A stretch of 64,000 nt of DNA. It comes from Candidatus Eiseniibacteriota bacterium (GTDB taxonomy: Bacteria; Eisenbacteria; RBG-16-71-46; CAVPCR01). The stretch lies in assembly GCA_963702435.1 (NCBI GenBank), contig CAVPCR010000005.1, positions 96,001-160,000 of the forward strand, given 5' to 3'. A model generated the notes under the pieces. It saw only the letters and a list, made by a program, of their open reading frames with translations, was not told the origin of the DNA and made no database searches. Positions 1 to 9,299 of this stretch are shown here, in pieces (the first letter of the stretch is position 1; the number at the start of each line of letters is the position of its first letter). The position numbers were made by a program, and so were the translations under genes.

Positions 1-516
1 GAGCGAATCGGGCTGGCCCTCCCGCTCGATCTCCTCCACATCGGCCAGGTAGGCGACGAGGAACGTGCCGAGCGAATCGCCGCCGGCGATCCCGGCAGGG
101 AAGGGAAGATCGATGTCGCGAATCAACCCGCGGTAGCCGACGATCGGCTGCTCGGCGAGTCCAGCGCTGGTGCTCGCCGCCATCACCTGCGCCCAGGCCG
201 CGGCATGGTCTTCCGCCTCTCCGGCGAGGAGCCCTTCGAGATCGATCGGGCGGAGACTCGAGGAGAGGCGGGCCTCGACCACGACGCCGCCCGTGAACCA
301 GTCGCGGAAGGTCACCCGCGCCCGCGCGCTCGCCGGCAGGCTGTCCCCCGCCGCCGCTTCCGCCGAGAGCTCGACCCTGGTCAGGAGCTCCGCGGGCCCC
401 GGTTCCTCGCCGCAGCCGGGCACGCAGAGTGCGAGGATCACAAGCCCCGCCATCGTGCAGAGCGCGTTCGCTCCGGCGCGGCGCGCGATTCCCGATGTGG
501 AGAGCCGGCCGTTCAT
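1..516 (-). CDS. Putative lipoprotein, 3' end outside the window; last visible gene of the left operon
   Basis: Manual translation from ATG 516 (ATGA overlap with the upstream stop): MNGRLSTSGIARRAGANALCTMAGLVILALCVPGCGEEPG..., lipobox-like VPGC; frame stays open to position 1. Confidence 0.7.
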   Translation of the reverse strand, partial: MNGRLSTSGIARRAGANALCTMAGLVILALCVPGCGEEPGPAELLTRVELSAEAAAGDSLPASARARVTFRDWFTGGVVVEARLSSSLRPIDLEGLLAGEAEDHAAAWAQVMAASTSAGLAEQPIVGYRGLIRDIDLPFPAGIAGGDSLGTFLVAYLADVEEIEREGQPDSL

Positions 517-2204
517 CGCAGGATGACGAGCTTGTGGCTCGGCGCCGTCTCACCGTCGGCGCGGAGGGTCAGGAAGTAGACGCCGGAGGAGAGACGCTCG
601 CCGCCGCCGGTGGTCCCGTCCCAGTGCACGACGTGCTGGCCGGGGAGCGCGTCCCCCGCCGCGAGCCGGTGGCGCAGGCGACCGCTCACGTCGACCACAT
701 CGAGCGCGAGCGTGCTGGTGGCGGCCGGCACGAAGAAGCGAATCGCGGTCGCCCCATCGCCCGCCCGGAGCGGATTCGGCCAGGCGCCGGCGACCGCCAT
801 CCGGGCCTCTGGCGCCCCGGGTTCGCCGAGACCGACGGCGGCATGGGCCACGCCGCCATCGGCGTAGAGCGAGCGCGCCTCGAGCTCGAAGGCGACCCCG
901 TCGCGGACCGGCGCGCCGGACTCGTCGCGGCCGTCCCAGATCCACTCGCGCCGCCCGGCGGCGACACGCCCGAGCGCGGCCCGCCGCACCACGCGGCCGG
1001 CCGCCGTCACGCGCACGTCGACCTCCGCATGATCGGTCAGGAGGAAGCGCACGGCGGCGCCGCCGCCCGCGGGCTCGGCGGCGAGCTCGCGCGCCTCGAC
1101 GCCGAGGGTGAGGCGGCTCGCCCCGCTCGCCTCGTCCCAGTCCTCGAGCACGTGCAAGCTCCCGTATCCCGCGAAGCTCCGCGTGCCGTGCCGGTGATCG
1201 GTGATCGTGAGGAAACCCACCGCGAGGTCGCGCACGCCGGGAAAGGCCGCGCGCTCCGTGGCGATGACGGGCGCCAGTTCGCGATCGAGCTTCACGATCC
1301 GGCCGGCGCCACGGAGCGCCGCGTACACGTTGCCCCAGGCATCCGTCGCCACGCTCCGCACGTCGGGTCCGACGTTCTGGGCGTCGATCCACCCGATGCC
1401 GGCCCCGTCCCGCTCGAGATGAACGATGCGGCCGTTCCCCCAGTCGGCGACATAGAGATCCGGCGTGTGGACGCCGTCCTGCCGGCCGACCTCGATGTCG
1501 CGCGGCGCCAGGAACTGGCCGCTCCCGTTGCCACGGGTCCCGAAGGCGGCAAAGAGCGTGGCCCCGGTCCGGCCGAGGCGGTAGCCGGCGATGCGATGGG
1601 CGCCGGCATCGACCACCCACAGGAGATCGTCGCTCGCGTCGAGCGGCGTCGTGCCGCCATCCCAGGCCACGCCGGCCGGCCGCTCGAATCCGGTGATGGC
1701 GAACTCGGGCTCGAGCCGGAGATCCGCCCCGTCGCCGCGGAGCGCGAGCACGACGACGCGCCTGTTGAGCTCATCGGCCACGAAGATGCGGCCGTCGGGA
1801 TCGCGGTCGATGCCGGCGGGCCCGCGGAGCGGTCCGAGCGCGGTGCCCGCGCCGTCGAAGACATGAATGGCCCCGCCCGGTTCGCCGAACAGGATCCGGT
1901 TCCAGGCGGCATCGGTCACGAGCTGGACGTACCGCGCCCTGACGAAGGGATAGCGGTCGAAGACCTCGACCCGGCCGACGAGCGTCGCTCCCGCCGGGTC
2001 GCGGAAGAGATCGCGGCCGAGCTCGGCGCGGGCCACCGCGCGCGTGAGGTGCGTGATCTCGGCGCCGGGGAGGAGCGGCGCCCGGGCGAGCGAACGGTCG
2101 GCGGCGCCGGCCGCCGGGGCCGCCGCGCCCGCGGCCAAGAGGCCGCTCACGACGAGGGCGAAGCGGACGCGGGACGGATGGTGGCTGGACTTCTCGGTGC
2201 GCAT
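513..2204 (-). CDS. Secreted NHL/beta-propeller protein with FlgD-Ig and T9SS-type C-terminal domain
   Basis: Signal peptide; NHL repeats (GPAGIDRDPDGRIFVADELNRRV; GQFLAPRDIEV); WDGRDESG; WPNP...WDG...SSGVYFLTL...KLVILR. Confidence 0.8.
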   Translation of the reverse strand: MRTEKSSHHPSRVRFALVVSGLLAAGAAAPAAGAADRSLARAPLLPGAEITHLTRAVARAELGRDLFRDPAGATLVGRVEVFDRYPFVRARYVQLVTDAAWNRILFGEPGGAIHVFDGAGTALGPLRGPAGIDRDPDGRIFVADELNRRVVVLALRGDGADLRLEPEFAITGFERPAGVAWDGGTTPLDASDDLLWVVDAGAHRIAGYRLGRTGATLFAAFGTRGNGSGQFLAPRDIEVGRQDGVHTPDLYVADWGNGRIVHLERDGAGIGWIDAQNVGPDVRSVATDAWGNVYAALRGAGRIVKLDRELAPVIATERAAFPGVRDLAVGFLTITDHRHGTRSFAGYGSLHVLEDWDEASGASRLTLGVEARELAAEPAGGGAAVRFLLTDHAEVDVRVTAAGRVVRRAALGRVAAGRREWIWDGRDESGAPVRDGVAFELEARSLYADGGVAHAAVGLGEPGAPEARMAVAGAWPNPLRAGDGATAIRFFVPAATSTLALDVVDVSGRLRHRLAAGDALPGQHVVHWDGTTGGGERLSSGVYFLTLRADGETAPSHKLVILR

Positions 2205-2244
2205 GGACTCATCTCCGGTCGGGCGATGCAACTCAAGATGACGA

Positions 2245-3393
2245 TCAGAACGTGACCTGGATCCCCGTCTCGATGACGCTCGCCGCGAAGTCGGTCGAGG
2301 TGTAGTAGCGTTCGACCTTGAGCAGGAGGTCGGCGGCGCTGAACACGCTGTCCAGGTGCAGCAGATGGAGCGCCGGCACCTCGAGCTTCACCCCGAACAG
2401 GTTCGAGGCGAGCGCCGCGAGCTTGTAGTCGGAGGTCAGATAGCCGTCCACTCCGCGCGGATCGGCGTAGTCGTCCCGATAGAAGTAGGCGCTCCCCTGG
2501 TTGTAGTAACGGTAGCGGTAGCGCACGATGGCGGCCTCCCCGATCACCTGCTTGAACTCGAGGCTGCCGGTGTGCGATTGCACCTGCCAGTCGTCCCGGT
2601 AGAAGCGATAGCCGAGGCGCAGCGAGCTCCGGGTGTCCAGGTAGCGGATGATCTCGGCGGACATGGCGCTCCGCAGCCGCTCGCGCGGATGCACCTCGGC
2701 CACGATGGCCGAGTCGGTGCGCACGCTGCGATAGGGATTGGCCTGGAAGCCGCGCACGCTGCCCACCTCGAGCGCGACGCGACTCTGGGTGCGGAGGTCG
2801 AGCGTCTGCTGCCAGGTGCCGACGGCCGAGAGACTGGTCCGCCGGTCCGCCTGCGCCGCGCTTCCCTCCTCGACCACCGGCCGGATCGAGTCCCAGCCGA
2901 AGGCCCCGTCCACCGCGAAGAGCGTGCTCTCGCCGGCGAGCACGCGCTGCCAGGACACCCCCGCCTGGTGCGCCCGCCAGTCCTCCTCCGCGCTGAGATA
3001 GAAGGTGCCGGTGATCTCGCCGGCGCCGACCGCACCCTCGAGCTGGTGGCGCCGCTTCTCGTAGTTCGCCGATTCCTGGTAGACCCCGCTCACGGGGCGG
3101 GAGGCCGTGGTCAGCGCATCGAGGTGCTCCTCGGATCCGGGTACGCCGGCGATGGCCGGCATCGACACCATGTCGAGCGAGTAGGTGACGGCCATACGTC
3201 CGTCGCCGGCCAGGAACGGCCGCGCCGCATCGAAGCTGGTGGTCGAGACGCTCGTGCCCTGGTTGTCCGAGAAGTAGTGCCAGCGAAAGTCGAGGGTCTC
3301 GCCGTCTCCGCGCGCGGAAGCGGGCCCGAGGGCGAGAGCGCCGGCGAGCGTGATGGCGACAAGCGCCGGCCGCGATGTCAGATGGCGCCGCAT
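2245..3393 (-). CDS. DUF3570-family outer-membrane beta-barrel protein
   Basis: Signal peptide; GFQANPYRSV, AEVHPRERLRSA, YRFYRDDWQVQSHT, RYRYYNQGSAYFY, TSDYKL motifs; terminal Phe; next to DUF4266/TlpA. Confidence 0.8.
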   Translation of the reverse strand: MRRHLTSRPALVAITLAGALALGPASARGDGETLDFRWHYFSDNQGTSVSTTSFDAARPFLAGDGRMAVTYSLDMVSMPAIAGVPGSEEHLDALTTASRPVSGVYQESANYEKRRHQLEGAVGAGEITGTFYLSAEEDWRAHQAGVSWQRVLAGESTLFAVDGAFGWDSIRPVVEEGSAAQADRRTSLSAVGTWQQTLDLRTQSRVALEVGSVRGFQANPYRSVRTDSAIVAEVHPRERLRSAMSAEIIRYLDTRSSLRLGYRFYRDDWQVQSHTGSLEFKQVIGEAAIVRYRYRYYNQGSAYFYRDDYADPRGVDGYLTSDYKLAALASNLFGVKLEVPALHLLHLDSVFSAADLLLKVERYYTSTDFAASVIETGIQVTF

Positions 3394-3407
3394 GGCTCGG
3401 TCGATCC

Positions 3408-3623
3408 TCAGTAGCAGGCGCAGCCGCCGGCTGCTCCGCCGTACCCGCCGGTCGAGGCCTCGAGCGTCTCGATCCAGTGCTGCTCGTGGGCCCACTCGCG
3501 CGAGTCGGGAGCCATCTGCATGACGGGCTCGGACAGCATCTCGCGCTGGATCGGGGTGACATGGGCGCAGCCGGCCGCGAGGAACAGGACCGCGGCGAAC
3601 GAGAAGAGCACACGCTTCGACAT
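3408..3623 (-). CDS. DUF4266-family small lipoprotein
   Basis: 71 aa; lipobox AAGC; VTPIQREMLSEPVM; C-terminal EASTGGYGGAAGGCACY (family GCGC-type tail). Confidence 0.85.
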   Translation of the reverse strand: MSKRVLFSFAAVLFLAAGCAHVTPIQREMLSEPVMQMAPDSREWAHEQHWIETLEASTGGYGGAAGGCACY

Positions 3624-3625
3624 GA

Positions 3626-4141
3626 CTAATCGGCCTCCGCGGCGAGGAGCGCGCGCGCCTCCGCGCGGATGCGCGCGAGGCTCTCCGCGCCGGAACCCAC
3701 GATGCGTCCTCGCTCCGCCCCCGTTGCATCGAGGAGGAGCGTGGTCGGAATGCCCGTGATGCCGGCCGCCGTCGCCGAGCGCGCACCCGGGTCGTAGGCG
3801 GCCTCGCCCTGATAGCCGAGGCCCTCGAGGTGACGAGCGGCCTTCGCCGGCGTGCGATCCACGCTCACGAGGAGGAGCTCGCCGCCGGCCGGCTCGAGCT
3901 CGGCGCCGAGCTCGATGAGCGCGGGCATCTCGGTCCGGCAGGAAGGACACCAGGTCGCCCAGAACCCGACGATGAGGACGCGCCCGGGCAACACGGGTCC
4001 CGCGTAGCGCGCGCCGCGCGCGTCGGTGAGGGCCAGCCCCGCGAGGGGGTCGGCGGCGCCGCCGGCCGGTGCGGCCGCGGCGGCGGGCGGAAGAGCCATC
4101 ACGAGAATCGCGAGGGCGAGTCCCCAGGCCAGGGTTCTCAT
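3626..4141 (-). CDS. TlpA-family thiol:disulfide oxidoreductase
   Basis: FWATWCPSCRTEMP; GIPTTLLLD (cis-Pro loop); signal peptide. Confidence 0.9.
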   Translation of the reverse strand: MRTLAWGLALAILVMALPPAAAAAPAGGAADPLAGLALTDARGARYAGPVLPGRVLIVGFWATWCPSCRTEMPALIELGAELEPAGGELLLVSVDRTPAKAARHLEGLGYQGEAAYDPGARSATAAGITGIPTTLLLDATGAERGRIVGSGAESLARIRAEARALLAAEAD

Positions 4142-6093
4142 TCGTACTGCCCTCCGAGGTCGATCCAGCGGAAGAAGGTGGTCATCTCCGCCGGTGTGAG
4201 CTGCCGGCTCGGATCGAGCTCGCCCGGATGGGGAGTCAGACCCTGGTTGGCGCCGACGCCCATGATCGCGTCGACGAGCGGGCTCTGACGGCTGAAGGGT
4301 ACGGTCACGAACTCGCTCCGCCCCATCATCTCGTCACCGACGAGGCTCAGGTACGCGATCGGGAAGCCCTCCTCGGACTCGGGATCCGCGGCGAGACGCA
4401 GATCGAGCCCCGCCGGAGCCGGGATCGTGTCGGGCGGCGCGGTCGAGATGGTGGGCACATGGCAGCCCACGCACTTGGCGGCGATGATCGGGGCCACCGC
4501 GTCGCGGAAGTTGACGACCTGGCGCTCCGCGACCGGCACCACCAGATCGTGCGGCGTGATGGTCGCCGCCAGCGGGTTCTGGTTCGACGGCACCGAGCCG
4601 TCGCGCGGCGCATGGCAGCCGGCGCAGAAGGTGCGCCGCTCACCCGGCCGCACATAGACCCATGTGCGCTGGAAGACGCGCGTCCGCCCGAGCTCATCGA
4701 GCGTGTGCACCGAGAGCGGCGTGTTCGCCGGAACCTTGATCGCGAAGGAACCGTCGGACTCGACCGGCGCGAAGCCGATGATCCGCTTGCGCTCGAACTC
4801 GGTAGCCGACACCTCCATCGAGCCCATACCCTCGGTCGTCGGCACGCCCTCGACGATCATCACCTGCGACACGGAGCCGCGTTCGGGGCGCTCCTGGCCG
4901 TCGAAGCCGCGGGCGTAGATGTCCTCGCCGACGAAGGTCCCCCAGTCGAGGCTCTCGTCCACGGTGGACGCGAGGAGCGGCGGCCGCGGGCGCGCGGCCA
5001 CGAGCTGCGCGTCCAGCTCGTCGGTGGCCGGGTCGTTCCAGAGGAGCGTCAGATCCTGCATCTCCTCGCCGCCCGCGGCATTGCGACCGACCGCGAAGGC
5101 GTAGAGGGCGAAGTCCACCTCGTCATCGGTGGCGGCCGGCAGCGTGTAGGAGACCACGTACTGCCGCCTTCCATCCTGGTCCGGGAGGACGTTCGGATGC
5201 TTGAAGGCGCCGGTCGGATAGGGCGGGCCCTCGAGCGTGATGTCCGGCGTCAGGACCGTGTAGTTCTCGGCGGTATGCTGTTCGGGATCGCCGCTCGCGA
5301 TCGACATGAGGACGACCTGGCCGGCGTCGCCGTTGACGCGGGTCGAGTTGATACCGATGAACCGCCCGTCGCGGGTCTCCTGCCCGTGAAAGATGTTGCG
5401 ATCGTGCGGGCCGAAGAGCAGGAAGAAGGAGGTCCCGTCCGGATTGACCTGGGAGAGCGGGAAGCGGTTGGCCGTGCCGTGATGCTCCCAGCGCGTGTAG
5501 GCGACCCGCCCGGTCGAGAGCAGGAAGGGGTCGAAGTCATCGGAGAGGTTGAACGAGATCCGGCGCAGGTCCGAGCCGTCGGCATTGCAGGTGTAGAGCA
5601 CCTCCTTCTGCGCCGAGTTGTACTCGTCCCGTTCCCGATCGCGGTTCGACGTGAAGAGGATGCGGCCGTCGGCGAGATAGACCGGGTCGAAGTCGTCGCC
5701 GCCCCCGCTCGTGATCCGGCGGAGTCCGGTGCCGTCGATCCCGATCTCGTAGATGCTGCGCGGTTCCGACCCGGCCGGGTCCATCGAGAAGAGCACGGTC
5801 CGCGCATCGAAGGAGACGCAGGGATCGGAGATCGCGGCCCCCTCCATCCCGGTCAGGTTGCGCACCCGCCCGTTGGGCGAGATCGGGGAGAGGACATGGA
5901 GGTTGGACTCGATCCCGCCGTCGTTGAGCGTCTCGGCGCGTTCAGCCTTGACGAAGACGAGCGCCCCGGTGCCGCCGCCGTCATCGAACACGTCGTCCGG
6001 CGCGGAGCCGTTGCAGGCCGTGAGGCAGAGACCGAGCGCGGCGGCGGTGAAGGCGGCGCGCCGCGACCCGGAGAGCGATGGCTGGCGATTCAT
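4138..6093 (-). CDS. HzsA-related lipoprotein: TolB/PD40 propeller, hydrazine-synthase-alpha-like middle domain, two c-type heme motifs
   Basis: Lipobox LTAC; DFDPVYLADGRILFTSNR; GRVAYTRWEH; APVESDGSFAIKVPANTP; VRPGERRTFCAGCH; CVGCH. Confidence 0.8.
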   Translation of the reverse strand: MNRQPSLSGSRRAAFTAAALGLCLTACNGSAPDDVFDDGGGTGALVFVKAERAETLNDGGIESNLHVLSPISPNGRVRNLTGMEGAAISDPCVSFDARTVLFSMDPAGSEPRSIYEIGIDGTGLRRITSGGGDDFDPVYLADGRILFTSNRDRERDEYNSAQKEVLYTCNADGSDLRRISFNLSDDFDPFLLSTGRVAYTRWEHHGTANRFPLSQVNPDGTSFFLLFGPHDRNIFHGQETRDGRFIGINSTRVNGDAGQVVLMSIASGDPEQHTAENYTVLTPDITLEGPPYPTGAFKHPNVLPDQDGRRQYVVSYTLPAATDDEVDFALYAFAVGRNAAGGEEMQDLTLLWNDPATDELDAQLVAARPRPPLLASTVDESLDWGTFVGEDIYARGFDGQERPERGSVSQVMIVEGVPTTEGMGSMEVSATEFERKRIIGFAPVESDGSFAIKVPANTPLSVHTLDELGRTRVFQRTWVYVRPGERRTFCAGCHAPRDGSVPSNQNPLAATITPHDLVVPVAERQVVNFRDAVAPIIAAKCVGCHVPTISTAPPDTIPAPAGLDLRLAADPESEEGFPIAYLSLVGDEMMGRSEFVTVPFSRQSPLVDAIMGVGANQGLTPHPGELDPSRQLTPAEMTTFFRWIDLGGQYE

Positions 6094-6668
6094 GGTGTGG
6101 TGCTGCTCGGCGAGGGCGGCGACCAGAGGCGACGCGCGAAGCTCAGGCCCGCCGATACTTCGGTGGCGCCGAGGCTCGCATCGCCCCCGGTCCCCTCCCC
6201 GCCCAAGAGAATCCGGTGATGACGGACATCGAGTCGGATCCCGAAGTCATCGCGGATCGCAACCTCGATGCCGCCGCCCATGTGGAAGTGGCTTCGCGTC
6301 ACGGCCTTCGCCGCGAGCGCGTCGCTCGGCGAGGCGCTGAAGGTGCCGAAGCCCGCCGTCGCGAAGAGCCGGGCTCGCCGCCAGTCGAGTGCATGGAGGC
6401 GGACTCCGGCCGAGTGCAGGAAGGCGCTGGCAGCGTCGCCCAGGTTGTGCCCGAGCTCGGCCTCGATGGCGACCGGCGCCGCGATCGTGTATCCGGCCCG
6501 GAGCGCGAAGAAGGGCTGGCTGCCGAGGACGCCGCCGACGGGGGCGATGGCGAGGATCCCCGGCCCCCCGGCCGCGGTCGTCGCGCCGTCGTTCGCGGCG
6601 GCGACCGCCGGGTGGGCCGCGGCGCACGAGGTCGCGAGGAGAAGGAGCACGCGGGCGCGGGTGCGCAT
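6090..6668 (-). CDS. Outer-membrane beta-barrel (OmpA/OMP_b-brl-like) protein
   Basis: Signal peptide; amphipathic strands LRAGYT, IEAELGH, LFATAGFG, MGGGIEV, GIRLDVRH, VSAGLSF; overlaps both neighbours. Confidence 0.7.
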   Translation of the reverse strand: MRTRARVLLLLATSCAAAHPAVAAANDGATTAAGGPGILAIAPVGGVLGSQPFFALRAGYTIAAPVAIEAELGHNLGDAASAFLHSAGVRLHALDWRRARLFATAGFGTFSASPSDALAAKAVTRSHFHMGGGIEVAIRDDFGIRLDVRHHRILLGGEGTGGDASLGATEVSAGLSFARRLWSPPSPSSTTP

Positions 6669-7210
6669 CAGCGCACGCCTCCCGGCGCCGACGCAGCCCG
6701 CGCGCCGGTCGAATCGAACACCGCACCGGCCCAGCGGGCCAGGATCAGGAAGTCGGGATCGCGCAACGACGTGAAGATGGCCGGCGCGTTGTGCGGCACG
6801 CCGCCCGCCGACGGCGCCAGCGGCTTCCGGAGGAGCGGGCTCGCCGCCGGATCGGCGAACGAGACCTGGTCGGCCGCGCGCAGGAAGTCGAGCTCGGGAT
6901 CGGCGCCACGGGTGAGCGGAAAGGGATGCGTTCCCGATCCGTGGCAGTGAATGGACGAGCAGCCGCGGCGATCGAGGACGGGCAGCACGTCGCTCGTGAA
7001 GGTGGCGCGGTCGAGCGGCGGATCGTCGAGCCCCGGAGGCTCCGGGTGAAACGGCGTCGACTCGGAAGCACCGCAGCCGAGCAGCGCAAGGCAAGCCGCT
7101 GCCATGAACCACGCCCCGGCGCTGCCGCGGCCCGGGCCGATCCGGCGCGCGGGCGGCCGGAGGCCGGGCGGCACGGACGTGCTTGCTCTGTGAACGGTGG
7201 TTGGGTGCAT
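6668..7210 (-). CDS. Lipoprotein with atypical CxxxxCH heme-c motif (planctomycete-cytochrome-like)
   Basis: Lipobox LLGC; FTSDVLPVLDRRGCSSIHCHG; PAASPLLRKP...H; alternative start ATG 7105. Confidence 0.7.
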   Translation of the reverse strand: MHPTTVHRASTSVPPGLRPPARRIGPGRGSAGAWFMAAACLALLGCGASESTPFHPEPPGLDDPPLDRATFTSDVLPVLDRRGCSSIHCHGSGTHPFPLTRGADPELDFLRAADQVSFADPAASPLLRKPLAPSAGGVPHNAPAIFTSLRDPDFLILARWAGAVFDSTGARAASAPGGVR

Positions 7211-7259
7211 GGTGATGACGCCGGGTTGACGGAACGCGGATGCGAGGCAGCCTGCATGG

Positions 7260-7275
7260 AGCAAGGCCGATGCCG
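7260..7275 (-). promoter_or_regulatory. Sigma-54 (-24/-12) promoter of the left operon
   Basis: Minus strand CGGCATCGGCCTTGCT = GG-N10-GC, ~50 nt upstream of ATG 7210. Confidence 0.7.
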
Positions 7276-7618
7276 GAGCCTCAGGCAAGGGGCGTGCCGT
7301 CTGTCCCGCCACGGGCCATCCGCCCCGCCCGAGTTGCTTCCGCGCGGCCGCGCAAGGTGTTCGCGCCGAACGATCGGCGGCAGCGCATCGGCACGGCTCG
7401 GGTTTCTTCTCCTGGCGACCCGGCGTTCTGCATTCCGAAGTAACAAACTGCTCACATGCGCCGTTTATTAACGACATCGACATGACATTCACCGGATGTC
7501 TGTCGCATGCTGTGGCGTGCTCGCATGCATACAAGGTACGCAGACCGCGGCCGGGCGGTCGGAGCGCAGCACGCGGCAAATGCACGGCGGGCGATGCAAT
7601 GCGCGTGCAATCGCCACG

Positions 7619-7634
7619 TGGAACAGGCCTTGCT
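7619..7634 (+). promoter_or_regulatory. Sigma-54 (-24/-12) promoter of the right operon
   Basis: TGGAACAGGCCTTGCT = GG-N10-GC, ~75 nt upstream of ATG 7709, which has a GGAGG RBS. Confidence 0.75.
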
Positions 7635-7708
7635 TCCCACCAGCAGGTCTCACCCCACCTGGGCGGTGAGCGAGCTGCACATCGTCATCCCGCGCGGAGG
7701 CCGACTGC

Positions 7709-8344
7709 ATGAACGACGACATGAAATGGGCCGCAGGACCGAGGAAGCGGTCGCCACGGCGCTGCCGCGCTTTCGCCATCGCGATCGCATCGATCGTTCT
7801 CGGGGCCGCCCTCGCCGGCTGCGGCGAAAAGCCCCGGCCGCGCTCGGACGAGCTCGGTGCGCCCGCTCCGGCCGGCACGGCGCGGCTCGCGCTGCCGGTG
7901 GCCGAAGCCGCCGCGCGCGCCTGGATGCGGGACGCTCGCCTCATCTATATAGAGAACGACTCGGAGCTCGGGATGAGCGGTGACTCGCCGCGCTGGGGAT
8001 TCCTCTTCCGTTCCGACCTCGCCGATTCCTGGCGCGCGATCTCGGTGGCCGGCGGCGAGATCGTCTCCACCGCCCCGCTCGCCTATCCCTTCGCCGCCCC
8101 CGATCTGCCGGCCGACTGGATCGACTCGAGCGACGCGGTGCGCCTGGCCGAGCTCGCCGGCGGCGGCGAGTTCCGAGTCGCCAGGAGCGCCGAGCTCGCC
8201 CATGTCGTTCTCGGCCGGGGCATCTTCACGTCCTGGGACGGTCCGCCCACCTGGACTGTCGTCTACCGCGCCGCGGACCGGAGCAAGCTCGCCATCGTGG
8301 TGAGCGGCACCGACGGCTCGATCGTGAGCCGCTTCGAGGGTTGA
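7709..8344 (+). CDS. Hypothetical lipoprotein with two PepSY-like repeats
   Basis: Lipobox LAGC; duplicated A..AA..W / WIDSSDAVRLAE...W pattern; GGAGG RBS. Confidence 0.7.
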   Translation: MNDDMKWAAGPRKRSPRRCRAFAIAIASIVLGAALAGCGEKPRPRSDELGAPAPAGTARLALPVAEAAARAWMRDARLIYIENDSELGMSGDSPRWGFLFRSDLADSWRAISVAGGEIVSTAPLAYPFAAPDLPADWIDSSDAVRLAELAGGGEFRVARSAELAHVVLGRGIFTSWDGPPTWTVVYRAADRSKLAIVVSGTDGSIVSRFEG

Positions 8345-8387
8345 CGTCGCCCGCGATCGCCAGGCCAAAGATCCACCCGAGGACCCG

Positions 8388-9299
8388 ATGGCACGAATGC
8401 TCGTTCCTGCGCTGAAAGTGCTCCTTTGGACTGCTGCGCTCCGGAGCGGTGCGGCGAGCGCCGAGCCGGCCCCGGCGCCGGTGCCGGCGCCGATGCCGGC
8501 GCCGGTGTCTGCCCCAATGGCGGCACCGATGCCTGCGCCGGTGTCTGCCCCGGTGTCTGCCCCGATGCCTGCGCCGATGCCGGCGCCGATGCCGGCGCCG
8601 GTGCCCGCCCCCGATGCGGACCCCTATCTCATCACGCACGGTGCTCCTGCCGGTCCGGCGGCGGCTGTCGCCGCCCCGCCGGCCACGCTTCGCTTCCTCC
8701 ATGCGCATCGCGCCTTCCTGCTCACACGGCTCTCGGCCCACGCCGGACCCGGCGTGCCGGACCCTCGCCTCAAGAGCTGGCTCGACGAGAAGATGCTCGG
8801 CGCAGTGGCCGGGCTCGGCGCGGCGGAAGGGGCCCTGCCGCGCGGCGGCCTGGCCGGCGCCGCCGACTGGCCGGAGATCGACGCGCTCGCCGCGACGCTC
8901 GATTCGCTCACCGCGCGCATGATGGGCATCGACACGCGTCTCGCCTCCCTCCGCGACGACTTCGCCGGCAACCAGGCCACCGAGCTCCTCGTCGCGCTGG
9001 CCGCCGATCCCGGTCCGGCGGGAGACCTGGAGCGCGTGCGACTGCGCTGGAACCGCCAGGATCTCGCGGCCACGGACCTGCCGCCCGCCGAGCGCACGGC
9101 GCTCGCGGCCGGCGGCTATCGACCGCTCCATCGCACGTTCTGCCGGCCCGAGGCCCACGAGATCGAGATCGATCTCATGCTCGCCGGCGGCCGCACCGTG
9201 ACCGGTCGCGCCACCCTCTCGCCCGCGCCGAACCGGCTGACCGTGGTCGTGTTCGGGATCGCCACGGCGGGTGTCCAGGCGCGCGTGTGGACCCTGTGA
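8388..9299 (+). CDS. Conserved periplasmic protein of TPR-ExbBD-AgmX clusters, with Pro/Ala linker and coiled coil
   Basis: Signal peptide; APMP repeats; helical LAATLDSLTARMMGIDTRLASLRDDF; LERVRLRW...ERTALAAGG.RPL...HEI motif recalled from such clusters. Confidence 0.65.
   Translation: MARMLVPALKVLLWTAALRSGAASAEPAPAPVPAPMPAPVSAPMAAPMPAPVSAPVSAPMPAPMPAPMPAPVPAPDADPYLITHGAPAGPAAAVAAPPATLRFLHAHRAFLLTRLSAHAGPGVPDPRLKSWLDEKMLGAVAGLGAAEGALPRGGLAGAADWPEIDALAATLDSLTARMMGIDTRLASLRDDFAGNQATELLVALAADPGPAGDLERVRLRWNRQDLAATDLPPAERTALAAGGYRPLHRTFCRPEAHEIEIDLMLAGGRTVTGRATLSPAPNRLTVVVFGIATAGVQARVWTL
8475..8606 (+). repeat. 12-bp coding tandem repeat, 11 units (AP[VM][PSA])
   Basis: gcgccgatgccg / gcgccggtgtct units. 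Confidence 0.9.

Noticed and set aside
3400..3420. Selenocysteine read-through at the TGA after GGCACY
   Set aside because: The stop falls at the normal family end, the next gene starts 15 bp later, and no SECIS-like hairpin is evident; Hdr/Mvh genes also use Cys
4138..6093. True hydrazine synthase / anammox
   Set aside because: No hzsB/C or hao genes; HzsA-like domains occur widely outside anammox bacteria
8426..9295. N-terminal extension of the 1830-aa ORF
   Set aside because: Overlaps the better gene 8388-9299; the signal peptide starts at 9296/9308
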